In this document: piece by piece, positions 1 through 9,340 of the stretch
How the letters are laid out: each line of letters begins with the position of its first letter
Position numbering within the stretch: position 1 is the first letter of the stretch
IMG/VR virus record: IMGVR_UViG_3300030332_001481
Coordinates: 131,486-195,485 of that record
DNA: 64,000 nucleotides
Source of the DNA: a virus
Lineage: Duplodnaviria; Heunggongvirae; Uroviricota; Caudoviricetes
Reading direction: 5' to 3' (one strand)
Program-made: the position numbers and the translations under genes
Notes under the pieces: model-generated
Database searches by the model: none
Told to the model about the DNA's origin: nothing
The model's input: only the letters and a program-made list of their open reading frames with translations

Positions 1-63
1 TGGGACTTCTCTCGTAGCCGACAGCTGGTACCAAGCAAAGTAGGTTACAGTTATTTGGGGGCT

Positions 64-696
64 ATGAACCGCCGCTTCGCCCCCGACTTCGATGACGAGC
101 CCACCTTGGACATCCCAAACTTCCGGGTGCAGGCTCAGCGACTACTGCAGATCTGCGGAGGCGGAATGCTGCATGCGCAGGACTACGTCGAGGCGATGGG
201 TGAGTGCGAGAGTATGCTCAAGGAGATGTACCAGCACGGGTACGAGAACGCCAAGAAGCGCCTCGCACACGCCCAGATAGACGCCCAGAAGCTCTCGATG
301 GCAGTGGAGCAGTCCACCCTGCGGCCCAACAAGAAGATCTCTTCTGGCATCGACGAGCTGGACGCTATCGTAGAGCGGGATTCCGCTCCGTACGTACAGA
401 AGTACTCCGAAGAGACGACTGCGTGGTCACGTCCGCCCGAGGCGTCCGATCCCGACGTCGAGTGGGAGAGCCCAGTCCCGGGGCAGAAGTATTTAACCCC
501 TTCCATCGAGGACTTCTCCCCCAACCCCGTCAGCGGATTCGCCCCCACTTCCCCGCCACCCAAGGCACCCAGCGTCTTCGAGGATTTGGAGGAGGTGAAG
601 GAGGCTGTAAAGAACGTGCGTATCCCGAAGCCACCACAACCTCCACGAGGTGTGCCGTGTGGTGTGTTCTCCCGTCCTAAAGAGGACAAGGACTGA
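64..696 (+). CDS. hypothetical protein, Pro-rich C-terminus
   Basis: ORF 55..696; first ATG at 64; ends just before motif copy 1. Confidence 0.6.
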   Translation: MNRRFAPDFDDEPTLDIPNFRVQAQRLLQICGGGMLHAQDYVEAMGECESMLKEMYQHGYENAKKRLAHAQIDAQKLSMAVEQSTLRPNKKISSGIDELDAIVERDSAPYVQKYSEETTAWSRPPEASDPDVEWESPVPGQKYLTPSIEDFSPNPVSGFAPTSPPPKAPSVFEDLEEVKEAVKNVRIPKPPQPPRGVPCGVFSRPKEDKD

Positions 697-707
697 CCTA
701 TAGCAGC

Positions 708-725
708 CCAACCCTGGCCATACTA
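708..725 (+). promoter_or_regulatory. repeat motif copy 1 (putative phage promoter)
   Basis: CCAACCCTGGCCATACTA, intergenic, 36 nt before ATG 762. Confidence 0.8.
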
Positions 726-761
726 AGTAGGAAGCCGGGGGACAAACGAGTAAAGTAGACT

Positions 762-968
762 ATGAGTAACGATACCAAGTACAACATGTCCGATTACGAC
801 AAGGCTTTTGGTACCATCAACGAGCTGATGGACAAGTTCGAGACCGACATGGAGAACTCAGACTCTCCTCCCACGAAGGACTACGCGCTCTTCGTGGCGC
901 AGTGCCTGCGCATCGTTGAAGAGAAGGCGCGCAGGATCAAGGAGCTTGAGAAGGCGAGGATCAAGTGA
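762..968 (+). CDS. hypothetical protein
   Basis: 68-aa ORF directly after motif; GTGA overlap with next gene. Confidence 0.75.
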   Translation: MSNDTKYNMSDYDKAFGTINELMDKFETDMENSDSPPTKDYALFVAQCLRIVEEKARRIKELEKARIK

Positions 969-1228
969 CCACTCACAAGATCAAGACCCTCTGGTCGAAC
1001 ATCTCCAACTGGATGCGAAGCGAGGCTTTCGGCTTCGTCTGGGAGAGTGACTTCGACCACGACGAAGACATCGAACTCAGCGTCAGCAACGGCCAGCTGG
1101 TCGTGGCGCTGCTATTCACCTCTCCGATCCTCATCATTGTCCTGTGGGGACTGGCCAAGTACCTGCTCCTGGGCCTGCTCACCATCATAGCAGCGTACCA
1201 GATCGTGAAGTACCTCCCGCACGACTAG
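965..1228 (+). CDS. small membrane protein
   Basis: long hydrophobic stretch VVALLFTSPILIIVLWGLAKYLLLGLLTIIAAY. Confidence 0.7.
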   Translation: MTTHKIKTLWSNISNWMRSEAFGFVWESDFDHDEDIELSVSNGQLVVALLFTSPILIIVLWGLAKYLLLGLLTIIAAYQIVKYLPHD

Positions 1229-1280
1229 CTGAACCTACACAGTCTTATAGACCCACAGTCTCACAGAAAGGGGCAAACGT

Positions 1281-1703
1281 ATGCCCAGGAAGAAAATGCC
1301 CGCTCCCATGAGGACGGTCAAGAAGATCGACCGGCTACTTGAAACGATGGTGGAGGAGTACGACATGGATACGGACGTTCGTGATGACGTTGTACGAGCG
1401 TACGTAGACCGCGGTTGGATCGCGATCCTATTTGCTGACGGCACATGGACAGTCAGCTATGACCGCCTAGGGGCCCGGCCCTCTTACGATGGATATTTGG
1501 CTGGAAAGTACACTACCTACATCTACGACCTCGTCCGGGCCATGGAAAAGCTGGAACTCATCACAGAGGATGAGTTCACAGTGTTTCATAAGTGGTTTGA
1601 CCGGGCAAAAGAAAAATACAGCAGGAAGACTGAGTTGCGTCGGCTAGAGCAGACTGCCCACGATCTGGGGTATAAGCTGGTCAAACGGGAGAAGGTGCAG
1701 TGA
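1281..1703 (+). CDS. hypothetical protein
   Basis: 140-aa ORF, AGAAAGGGG upstream, GTGA coupling to next. Confidence 0.7.
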   Translation: MPRKKMPAPMRTVKKIDRLLETMVEEYDMDTDVRDDVVRAYVDRGWIAILFADGTWTVSYDRLGARPSYDGYLAGKYTTYIYDLVRAMEKLELITEDEFTVFHKWFDRAKEKYSRKTELRRLEQTAHDLGYKLVKREKVQ

Positions 1704-2074
1704 CTGACGTCTACGAAGAGATCAGGACGGTGCAGGCCGACGGGACTGTCACGGTGAAGCGCAAGCTCAAGACCGCGGTGGTTCACCGTTTCATGCTCGC
1801 GCTGCGAACCGTTCCAGCCACAAAGCTTCAGGAGCTGCTGCTCAAGATTGTAAAGATGAATACGACGTACTGGGTGGACCGGGCCAATCGGCTGCTGGAG
1901 GAGTCGCAAGACAACTCCCGTACGAAAGAGGAACGTCGTGCTTCCCGCAAGTCTTACGTTCATGCCTTTCAGCAGTCTTGCCAGTCGTTCCGCATGCAGG
2001 AGGGCCTGACTCGGGTGCGAACGGAGTACCTCAGTGAGGTTGACTTGAACCTCCCCTACAAGAAGATGGGCTGA
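1700..2074 (+). CDS. hypothetical protein
   Basis: 124-aa ORF in operon packing. Confidence 0.7.
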   Translation: MTDVYEEIRTVQADGTVTVKRKLKTAVVHRFMLALRTVPATKLQELLLKIVKMNTTYWVDRANRLLEESQDNSRTKEERRASRKSYVHAFQQSCQSFRMQEGLTRVRTEYLSEVDLNLPYKKMG

Positions 2075-2083
2075 GACAGGACG

Positions 2084-2335
2084 ATGTACGACATCAACAC
2101 ACGTGCCTACCTGGGAGACCAACTCAATTCTGAGGTGAGCTTGACCCAGCAACGCGGTTTCCACAAACGGAGCAACGGGTACGCTCCCTCGATTGAGCCT
2201 GCCTCCGACTTTCAGTACGACATGACTAGCACTGACGCGTGGGACGTTTTGTGCAACTCGTGTTCGGAGTTGATTCCTCGGCGGCCCAACCGTGCGAACC
2301 GTTCGCGCCGCACTGTAGACTGGGATAGCATCTGA
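2084..2335 (+). CDS. hypothetical protein
   Basis: 83-aa ORF, AGGA SD. Confidence 0.55.
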   Translation: MYDINTRAYLGDQLNSEVSLTQQRGFHKRSNGYAPSIEPASDFQYDMTSTDAWDVLCNSCSELIPRRPNRANRSRRTVDWDSI

Positions 2336-2550
2336 TGTCTGGTAAAATCGAGAAGCAAGACAATCAAAATGACTCGATCAACGTGACTGGCAGCCCGAAG
2401 TACCCCTGTAAGTACATAAGAGTAGTAAGTTCAGTGCCTGCTGTTGAGGTCTTCCTCCACATGCGCGGCAACGATTTAGGCATCAAGTCTCTCGAACTTG
2501 TTCCAACTCGCGTAAGAATTCACTCACCGCAGATTAGAAATCGCTGGTGA
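2335..2550 (+). CDS. hypothetical protein
   Basis: 71-aa ORF, TGATG overlap with previous. Confidence 0.45.
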   Translation: MSGKIEKQDNQNDSINVTGSPKYPCKYIRVVSSVPAVEVFLHMRGNDLGIKSLELVPTRVRIHSPQIRNRW

Positions 2551-2560
2551 GACCCCACTG

Positions 2561-2737
2561 ATGCCTAAGAAATCGAAGCCTCCTGCGGATGAGTATGAGG
2601 TTCAGGCGCTGTCCAACGGTGTGCTACGAACCGAGAAGACTCATATGATCTGCCGTGTCTCCTACGCCGACAAGAAGCTCCTTGAGCACATGCGGAAGAG
2701 CCTTCAGGCTTACGTGGACGAACACATTCGAGAATAG
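2561..2737 (+). CDS. small hypothetical protein (58 aa, not in ORF track)
   Basis: manual translation MPKKSKPPADEYEVQ...YVDEHIRE*; fills the gap. Confidence 0.55.
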   Translation: MPKKSKPPADEYEVQALSNGVLRTEKTHMICRVSYADKKLLEHMRKSLQAYVDEHIRE

Positions 2738-2747
2738 CTGGAAGCAC

Positions 2748-3443
2748 ATGACTAAGCGTTACTCCCAGATGCTCCACGGGCGGGTTGTCAAGCCGCCCGA
2801 CAAGTCGTACATTGCCTACAAGAAGATGGTGAAGCTGTGTCGCCGGTACGGCGTGCATGTAGCCCACGTACAGGATCAGGAGTCAGTGCTTAGGGCTTCC
2901 ATGGGGACGATGCCTTTTTGGAGGCGCAACTCCAGCGCGTCGGGGCACTTTACGATCAAGCGGTCGCTGGGTGAAGCTCCGCTGATCATCGCCTGTAAGT
3001 ACAAGAGGGCGAACAACGATGACAAGGAACTGTACGCGTGTGAGCTGCTGCACGAGCTGTCCCACGCACTACTTCCTGGGCATCCCGGGAGCCATGAAGA
3101 GATCAATAGTGGGAACCTTGGGTTCGAGGGAACCATTGCCAGACGGCTCCGGCTTAGGGGTTGGAGCAAGTGGATGCACCACTACTACACCCATGAGGGT
3201 CTATGGCGCGACCAGTCTGCCGAGGTGCAGGACCAGCTCATCCGAGAGTCCGCTGAGGTTGCCAAGTACTGGGGTCTACTCACTGCCACGGACGAGCCCA
3301 CCCACACTCCGCCGTGGGATAACGAGAACAGACTTGAGGAGTGGCACAAGCTAATGGTGGAGGAGCATCTCAACATGATGATCTCTTCTGGCTACGACGT
3401 CGAGTACAAGGGGCGCGTGCCTGATGACAGCCCTCAGCCCTGA
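2748..3443 (+). CDS. zincin-like metallopeptidase-motif protein
   Basis: LLHELSH (HExxH) motif; ATG 2748 inside ORF 2655..3443. Confidence 0.55.
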   Translation: MTKRYSQMLHGRVVKPPDKSYIAYKKMVKLCRRYGVHVAHVQDQESVLRASMGTMPFWRRNSSASGHFTIKRSLGEAPLIIACKYKRANNDDKELYACELLHELSHALLPGHPGSHEEINSGNLGFEGTIARRLRLRGWSKWMHHYYTHEGLWRDQSAEVQDQLIRESAEVAKYWGLLTATDEPTHTPPWDNENRLEEWHKLMVEEHLNMMISSGYDVEYKGRVPDDSPQP

Positions 3444-3717
3444 CCTGCGATCGCACATCCTGGTTGTGGCTCAGCTACTCGTTCGGCAACCGCAGCGTGG
3501 GATTGAGTATGTAAAGCACCAGTCAGATCTACCCATACGTCTCTGCGTAGCACTGGAGAAAGCGTTCACTGCTGGTGGGGTTACTCACGCTATCGAAAGG
3601 CTTCGATATGATAACTCTGCTGAAGTCCGTGAGGTAGGCGGAATCCTGCGTTGGGTACATGAGGCGAAGTCATCAACCACCCGGAGGACAAATGCTCGAA
3701 CCACCGATTCCGCTTGA
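3424..3717 (+). CDS. hypothetical protein
   Basis: 97-aa ORF between flanking genes. Confidence 0.5.
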   Translation: MTALSPDLRSHILVVAQLLVRQPQRGIEYVKHQSDLPIRLCVALEKAFTAGGVTHAIERLRYDNSAEVREVGGILRWVHEAKSSTTRRTNARTTDSA

Positions 3718-4207
3718 ATACCGAACCTCCCAACAGGTTTCCAGTCAGGGTCACTTCAAGGCTCGTCGTGGTAGGTACTATCACACGGGTGTGGATCTGT
3801 ACACTTCCCCCGACGCTCCCGTGCACGCCATGGCTGACGGAGTAGTCGTAGGCGTAGAGAAGTTCACCGGCCCTGACCAGCACCCGGGGTGGCGTGAGAC
3901 CATGGCTGTGCTGGTGCTGCACCCCTTTTCATGGGTTGATCTGGCTCCTGGGGTCGTGGTCTACGGCGAGGTAGACCCCATGGTGGTTGTGGGTGATCCC
4001 GTTACTGCGGGACAGCAGATCGCAACCGTAACTCCAGTCCTGGCGTCGGGACAAGAACGCCCAGACATCGAGGGCCACAGCCGGTGGATGCTTCACTTGG
4101 AGTTCCACGCCGAAGATGTCAGGCACACCTACGACTGGCTCGTGGCAGAGCCTGAACCCTCAACACTTCGCGACCCCTACCAACTACTAGCACTCACCCA
4201 ACTATGA
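3692..4207 (+). CDS. M23 family peptidase (peptidoglycan endopeptidase-like)
   Basis: HTGVDL (HxxxD), PVHAMADGVV, VVVGDPVTAGQQIA, HLEF; GGAGG before ATG 3692. Confidence 0.8.
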   Translation: MLEPPIPLEYRTSQQVSSQGHFKARRGRYYHTGVDLYTSPDAPVHAMADGVVVGVEKFTGPDQHPGWRETMAVLVLHPFSWVDLAPGVVVYGEVDPMVVVGDPVTAGQQIATVTPVLASGQERPDIEGHSRWMLHLEFHAEDVRHTYDWLVAEPEPSTLRDPYQLLALTQL

Positions 4208-4848
4208 CACAGCAATACGACGACTTCGACACCATTCTCAGTAACTCCTTCTGTGGGTGGCACAGCCCGCACCTGAACTACCTGTGCCTCAAGCGGACCC
4301 CTGAGCGGGTACACAAGGTGTACTTCATCGAGCACACTGAAGATCCGGTTGTCTCGCCGCACAACCATCGATTCAACTTCGAGACCTATGTCTTGAGGGG
4401 AGATGTTGTGCATCACACCTACGTACCATGCGCTGTCAAGCAGGGCGAGTTGTACCAGAAGTTCCACTACCACTCCCCAAACGTAGGCGGCGAGGGGTTT
4501 GCGTGGGTGGGGGAGCAGCGCCTCCAAGAGAACCGGCAGTGCTACAGTGCCGGGGAGCGCTTCTTCCTGTGGGCTGACAAGATCCACACTCTGCGGTCTG
4601 CCCGCCCTGGTAAGATCCTGATCCTCGAACAGATCCAGCGTGAAGACATCGTCCCGGCCCGAGCCTCCACGGACATGTACCAGAAGGGGATCTCCCACGA
4701 CCCGCCGAGTCTTGAAGGTCTTTACCGCAAGCCGGACCGTGTGGCCGTGAGGGAGTGGCTCGACACATACTTCTCGCTTCGTGGTGACTCTCTTCGAGGT
4801 GACTCGCTGGCAAAGCCAGAAGCAGTTTCCAAAGCCCCTCCCAGTTAA
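4204..4848 (+). CDS. cupin-fold protein
   Basis: PHNHRFNFETYVLRG and GERFFLWADKIHTL match the two cupin metal motifs. Confidence 0.55.
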   Translation: MTQQYDDFDTILSNSFCGWHSPHLNYLCLKRTPERVHKVYFIEHTEDPVVSPHNHRFNFETYVLRGDVVHHTYVPCAVKQGELYQKFHYHSPNVGGEGFAWVGEQRLQENRQCYSAGERFFLWADKIHTLRSARPGKILILEQIQREDIVPARASTDMYQKGISHDPPSLEGLYRKPDRVAVREWLDTYFSLRGDSLRGDSLAKPEAVSKAPPS

Positions 4849-4918
4849 GTACCTACGCGTTCTGCTAAGGTCAACAGGGACAATCCGTTCTACTGAGTCG
4901 TTCTAGCATCTACAGTGG

Positions 4919-4936
4919 CCAACCCTGGGGATACTA
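4919..4936 (+). promoter_or_regulatory. repeat motif copy 2 (variant GG)
   Basis: CCAACCCTGGGGATACTA followed by G.U hairpin 4941-4970. Confidence 0.75.
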
Positions 4937-5015
4937 GGTAGGGTCAGCGGGTCGAAGGACTCGTTGGCCCTTCCCAGTTTAACCACCACTAATAATCACC
5001 AGCGGAGTAACCACC

Positions 5016-5744
5016 ATGACTCAGCTCGCCATCGTCGCCGAAGATTCCCGCAACAACAAGATCGCCGGCAGCCACCGTGTCGCCGCCAGCTACGCTCCCA
5101 CCAAGCTCACCTGCCCGAAGAGCTGCCCGCTAATGGATGACGGGTGCTACGCCACCATGGGACGCACGGCCATTCACGCCAACCGCCTCAACCAGGCTGT
5201 AAAGAAGGGCATGCGGCCTGAGCAGGGGGCTCGTGCCGAGGCCAAGGCCATCAAGGCCACATTCAAGGGAGGACAGATTCCCCAGGACGGGAAGAAGGGC
5301 GGACGAGATTTCCGGCTCCACGTGGCAGGAGATGTTCGTACGAAGAAGTCCGCAGAGATCCTGGCCGACGCTGCCCGGGACTGGAAGAAGCGGGGAGGAG
5401 GTGACATGTGGACCTACACCCACAGCTGGCGCACCATTCCGCGGCACCACTTCGGAAAGATCTCGGTGCTCGCCAGCATCGAAAAACCCGCAGACGCCGA
5501 AGAGGCGCGCAAGCAGGGTTTCGCTCCGGCGCTGGTAGTTCAGACCCACCCGTCCACCAAGGCATTCAAGGTCGAGGGAACCGACACGGAGTTCATTCCC
5601 TGCCCCCAGCAGACCCGCGGCGTAGCGTGCTCCGATTGCCGCCTGTGCTTCTCGGAGAGCAAGCTCTTTCACCAGGGCAAGGGCATCGCGTTCGCCGCTC
5701 ACGGAGCCACCCAGAAGATCAAGAAGCACCTGACGGTGGTTTGA
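5016..5744 (+). CDS. Cys-cluster (putative Fe-S/radical-SAM-like, GP88/DUF7227-type) phage protein
   Basis: TCPKSCP...CYA, RLHVAGD, WTYTH, CPQQ...CSDCRLC, IAFAAHG; GGAG-AACCACC-ATG leader. Confidence 0.6.
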   Translation: MTQLAIVAEDSRNNKIAGSHRVAASYAPTKLTCPKSCPLMDDGCYATMGRTAIHANRLNQAVKKGMRPEQGARAEAKAIKATFKGGQIPQDGKKGGRDFRLHVAGDVRTKKSAEILADAARDWKKRGGGDMWTYTHSWRTIPRHHFGKISVLASIEKPADAEEARKQGFAPALVVQTHPSTKAFKVEGTDTEFIPCPQQTRGVACSDCRLCFSESKLFHQGKGIAFAAHGATQKIKKHLTVV

Positions 5745-5776
5745 CCTACAGCCCCACCAAAACCACGAGGTACCCC

Positions 5777-6559
5777 ATGACGGAACAACTAGACCTCCTG
5801 CCCACCATACTCAACGTCTATAGCGTCGCCGACGACCTGAAGCTGTTCCTGTCGGAGGGATCGTGTAACGACCTGCGGCAGCTACAGTTCGTGGAGAAGG
5901 GAAACAATCCTCTGCGGGGCCACTGTTACGTGGCCTCGGAGGTCCTCGCTCACCTTCTCCGGGAGAGAGGCGTGAAGATCACTCCCATGCAGATCAACCA
6001 CGAGGAGGAGTCGCACTGGTACCTGAGATGGCAGATCGGGAACAACCAGGGCGTGGTTGACGTGACCAAGTCCCAGTTCGCCCGCCCACCGAGGTACACA
6101 CAGGGTCGGGGCAGGGGATTTCTCACGAAGGATCTTTCCAAGCGGGCCGTGGAGATGCTCCATCGCTACTCCGCTTGGAAGCGCTTGGGCGAGACCGCCC
6201 ACGTTGGGGTGTCGGAGTCGAAGTCTTCGCCGCTCCAGGAGGAGCCTACCAACATCGGTCTCATCTACGCAAAGGTGGACTCGAAGCATGTAAAGCTGGT
6301 CTTTGACCTGAAGAACAGCGACCACCCCGAGCGCATGGCAGCCACGGACTGGGAGGACGTTACGGATCTCATGGATGCGTTGACCGACCACTTCAAGCCA
6401 GACCTCAAGTGTGAGCTGGCTGTGAACCCACGCAGCGTGGTGATCAACATCCTGGGCCACTGGAACATCTTCAACATGCCACCCCATCCTGACGAGCGTT
6501 TCCTCTCGTGGGCTGCTGGGTTCCTGTACGCTCGCCAGCTTAATAGGAGAAACCAATGA
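5777..6559 (+). CDS. transglutaminase/YunG-like Cys-His-Asp protein with C-terminal extension
   Basis: GHCYVASE...SHWYL...VDVTKSQF spacing; GAGG before ATG 5777. Confidence 0.5.
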   Translation: MTEQLDLLPTILNVYSVADDLKLFLSEGSCNDLRQLQFVEKGNNPLRGHCYVASEVLAHLLRERGVKITPMQINHEEESHWYLRWQIGNNQGVVDVTKSQFARPPRYTQGRGRGFLTKDLSKRAVEMLHRYSAWKRLGETAHVGVSESKSSPLQEEPTNIGLIYAKVDSKHVKLVFDLKNSDHPERMAATDWEDVTDLMDALTDHFKPDLKCELAVNPRSVVINILGHWNIFNMPPHPDERFLSWAAGFLYARQLNRRNQ

Positions 6560-6840
6560 TTGACCTAGACACCACCGAGGACAAGCGGGTATGGGTGGTA
6601 GCCGAGGAGGGTGCCACCGACGAAGGGGCGATGTGGGTGCTGGGCTTCCAGCCCACGGAGCCCGACATGCGCGAGATGTTTTGCGCCGTGTGGGGCTACG
6701 AGCCTGACCGAGTCTACTACCACGACGGCCACCTGCGCGCCGAGTCCGGGCCGATCAAGCGAGCACTGATCTGCTGGCGCTGGGGGATGCTGGTCACGGA
6801 GCGAGGCGAGAGCTTTGCGGAGGCACTGTATGACGACTAA
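6556..6840 (+). CDS. hypothetical protein
   Basis: AGGAG SD, ATGA overlap. Confidence 0.7.
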   Translation: MIDLDTTEDKRVWVVAEEGATDEGAMWVLGFQPTEPDMREMFCAVWGYEPDRVYYHDGHLRAESGPIKRALICWRWGMLVTERGESFAEALYDD

Positions 6841-7228
6841 CGACGACATCACCGCCGAGGACCTGCGGAGGTATCTGCGAGCGGAGGGGTGGGGCGAGGG
6901 GTGGAACTACGATCCGCGTTCCGCCGAGGATCTGCGGCTCGCGAAGAACCGACGGAAGGTGATGGCGCGGGTGGCTCGCCACGAGGGCCGCCCCCTCTCC
7001 GCCGTCGCCGCCGACGTGCGCAGGCTGCGAGACGAGGCGCAGGCCCCGCCCGATCGCGTGGAGGCGGCCCGCAACGAACTCATCCGCGTGGTGCGTGAGT
7101 GGCAAGATGCAGTGGGCGAGGACTCGCTCCGACGCATCGGGAAGGAGTCGGGGGAGGACAGGGAGCCCGCTGCTGCGCTGGCGGTACTGGAGGCGCTAGA
7201 GGCGCTGGACGTGGCGGAGGAGAACTAG
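6830..7228 (+). CDS. hypothetical protein, mosaic paralogue of 18845..19309
   Basis: shares DITAEDLRRYLRAEGW and EGRPLSAVAADVRRLRDEAQ; GGAGG SD. Confidence 0.75.
   Translation: MTTNDDITAEDLRRYLRAEGWGEGWNYDPRSAEDLRLAKNRRKVMARVARHEGRPLSAVAADVRRLRDEAQAPPDRVEAARNELIRVVREWQDAVGEDSLRRIGKESGEDREPAAALAVLEALEALDVAEEN
6845..6892 (+). repeat. 48-nt block A, copy 1 (copy 2 at 18860-18907)
   Basis: 46/48 identical; both differences synonymous. Confidence 0.95.
6983..7042 (+). repeat. 60-nt block B, copy 1 (copy 2 at 19034-19093)
   Basis: 60/60 identical. Confidence 0.95.
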
Positions 7229-7230
7229 CT

Positions 7231-7947
7231 GTGACGTTGAACTGGGAAGAAGAGAAGGCGAAGGCCATCGCGTGGATCATCGAGGGCAGCAAGAAGGCGT
7301 TCGCCGCCAAGGCCATCGATGAGAGGGCTATTCGCAACGTCCTCCATAACAACAACCTGACCGTCAAGTTCTCGGGTCGCATGGTGGACACCGTGGGACT
7401 GGCCTTCAATGGCTACCCCAAGAAGTCTCCCCGCAAACTCGCACGCTGGATCAAGCTCAGTAAGTTTGCGTGGGAGCATTTCTCCGAGAAGGACAAGAAG
7501 GAGACCGTTCTTCACGAGTTGGCCCACATCTTTGTGTCCGAGATGGTGCGTGCGGGAAAGCTGAAGGAAGAAGGCACCAGGCGTCGACGTGTAGTTCACG
7601 GAAAGAACTTCAAGAACATGTGTGCTGCGTTGGGCGACGCCTCCTTCTCATTCGCCAGGCATGACTTTGGCCTGCCCCCACACCCCACGCGGCATAAGAA
7701 CCACAAGCCTTCTTTCTGTGGTTGCCCTGAAAGAATGCAGCCTCGCTTTCACCTCTCCCCGAACCAGCAGAAGAAGCTCAAGAGTGGCAATAAACTCTAC
7801 TGCCGATCTTGCAAACACTACATTGGACTGACGAAGGAAGACGTAGCGCCCATGCCTGTCAGGCGCCGTAAGCGTACCGTCACTGCTCACACCTCCACTA
7901 GGTTTCCTCGTGACGGGGAGCCGCTTATCACTTTCATTGACGTCTAA
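7231..7947 (+). CDS. SprT-like metalloprotease with Zn ribbon
   Basis: VLHELAH, HGKNFKNMC, CGC...CRSC; GGAGGAG before GTG 7231. Confidence 0.75.
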   Translation: MTLNWEEEKAKAIAWIIEGSKKAFAAKAIDERAIRNVLHNNNLTVKFSGRMVDTVGLAFNGYPKKSPRKLARWIKLSKFAWEHFSEKDKKETVLHELAHIFVSEMVRAGKLKEEGTRRRRVVHGKNFKNMCAALGDASFSFARHDFGLPPHPTRHKNHKPSFCGCPERMQPRFHLSPNQQKKLKSGNKLYCRSCKHYIGLTKEDVAPMPVRRRKRTVTAHTSTRFPRDGEPLITFIDV

Positions 7948-7955
7948 GGAATCAC

Positions 7956-8354
7956 ATGGAAACTGAGAAAACCACGGCCAAACTCACCGACGAGCAGCGC
8001 AAGTCCCTTCGTAACTTTGCGCGTGTCCTCCCCATCGCTTTCGCCACGGGACAGCTCTGTAACTTCTTTCAGTCGTACGTAACCTTCGACCTGTGGCATC
8101 TGTGGCTCACGGAAGAACTTGGGTGGGGCCCCAGCTTCTGGTTTGTGTGGGGAGCTATCATGGTTTGGCGGGTCGCTACCCACGAACACTCTCAGACCCC
8201 GCCCAGGTACTCCCTCCAGGTGAGCGGAATGTCTCACATGCTTCTCCCAGAGAGGAAGTTCGATGACTACCACTGGAGGCCCCTCTACCGTGGAATCGGA
8301 GTGGCCATTCTATGGGGAATCAACTACCTCATTCATTGGATCTTCGTACAATGA
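7956..8354 (+). CDS. membrane protein
   Basis: AAGGA SD; several hydrophobic Trp-rich segments. Confidence 0.7.
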   Translation: METEKTTAKLTDEQRKSLRNFARVLPIAFATGQLCNFFQSYVTFDLWHLWLTEELGWGPSFWFVWGAIMVWRVATHEHSQTPPRYSLQVSGMSHMLLPERKFDDYHWRPLYRGIGVAILWGINYLIHWIFVQ

Positions 8355-8370
8355 CTGACAAGTACTTTGC

Positions 8371-8610
8371 GTGCCAGAGGTGTTCTGGGTGCCTGGGCCT
8401 GGCTGGGGATGGCCAGTGCCTGGATCCCGTGTCCCGAGCGAACCCCCTCCCCCTCCACCAGCCGACCCCAAAGCTGCCCGGGTGGTGGAGCGTATCGTCG
8501 AGGACCTGATGGGACGCGCGGGTCTTGGGAATGTGTGGAACGAGATCGACGAAGAGTTGCAGCAGGAGATCGAAAAGTCGTGGGCCAAGATCGTGGAGGA
8601 GTGCACGTGA
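8371..8610 (+). CDS. hypothetical protein (5' end ambiguous; alternative ATG 8351 in another frame)
   Basis: C-terminal half protein-like; GTGA overlap with next gene. Confidence 0.45.
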   Translation: MPEVFWVPGPGWGWPVPGSRVPSEPPPPPPADPKAARVVERIVEDLMGRAGLGNVWNEIDEELQQEIEKSWAKIVEECT

Positions 8611-8987
8611 CCAGCATCAATGACATGGATATCAAGGAGCTGGGCCGCATGGTCCATGATCTCTTGGGGGATCGCTTCACGGAGCTGAAGACTCAGTGCC
8701 GTCTCAGTGCGGAAGAGCTGCAACGTGCCAATGATGATTGGGTCGTGGAGATCAACACTTCCAATGTGAAAGCTGCCCTGCGTACCGGAAATGTGGTGTG
8801 GGTCAAGTACGAAGGTGGGTGGGTTTCGTACACCATCATACGGGACAGTCGGCAATGGGCCCAGAACACGAATTGTTCCGATCTAGAAGAAGTATTCGAG
8901 ACCACTGCTCAGGTACTACATCAACTGGAAGTCAGCGAGAACCTCGCTCGGTGGTGTAAAGACAACAAATACCAGGCAGCTCCCTGA
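8607..8987 (+). CDS. hypothetical protein
   Basis: GGAGGAG SD before GTG 8607. Confidence 0.65.
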   Translation: MTSINDMDIKELGRMVHDLLGDRFTELKTQCRLSAEELQRANDDWVVEINTSNVKAALRTGNVVWVKYEGGWVSYTIIRDSRQWAQNTNCSDLEEVFETTAQVLHQLEVSENLARWCKDNKYQAAP

Positions 8988-9028
8988 TTCCCTGGTACGC
9001 ACACTTCATCACCAACGCATAGGATTCC

Positions 9029-9298
9029 ATGTCCAATCATCGTATTCGTGATATCGATACTCAGATCCAGTCCCTGACCGCGCGAGTTGAAGAGCTTGAG
9101 CGCGAGAAGGCAGCTCTCTTGCAGCCAGCGGGTCAGCGTGTCATGGTTCGTCGCTCCACGTACGGAATCGTACCCCACAATCTCAAAGAGGAGCCAGGCG
9201 TGCTGGTAGGCTGGGAGACGGAAGGCACCGCCAAGGTGCAGTTCGACGACGGCCGGGAAGAGCTTGTGGGCCGCTTCTTGATTCGTTGCGTGGAGTGA
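9029..9298 (+). CDS. coiled-coil plus small beta-barrel-like hypothetical protein
   Basis: AGGA SD; heptad N-terminus. Confidence 0.65.
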   Translation: MSNHRIRDIDTQIQSLTARVEELEREKAALLQPAGQRVMVRRSTYGIVPHNLKEEPGVLVGWETEGTAKVQFDDGREELVGRFLIRCVE

Positions 9299-9322
9299 TC
9301 CCGGGCTCCCGACTTAGAGGAG

Positions 9323-9340
9323 CCAACCCTGGCCATACTA
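9323..9340 (+). promoter_or_regulatory. repeat motif copy 3
   Basis: exact motif upstream of rIIA. Confidence 0.8.
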
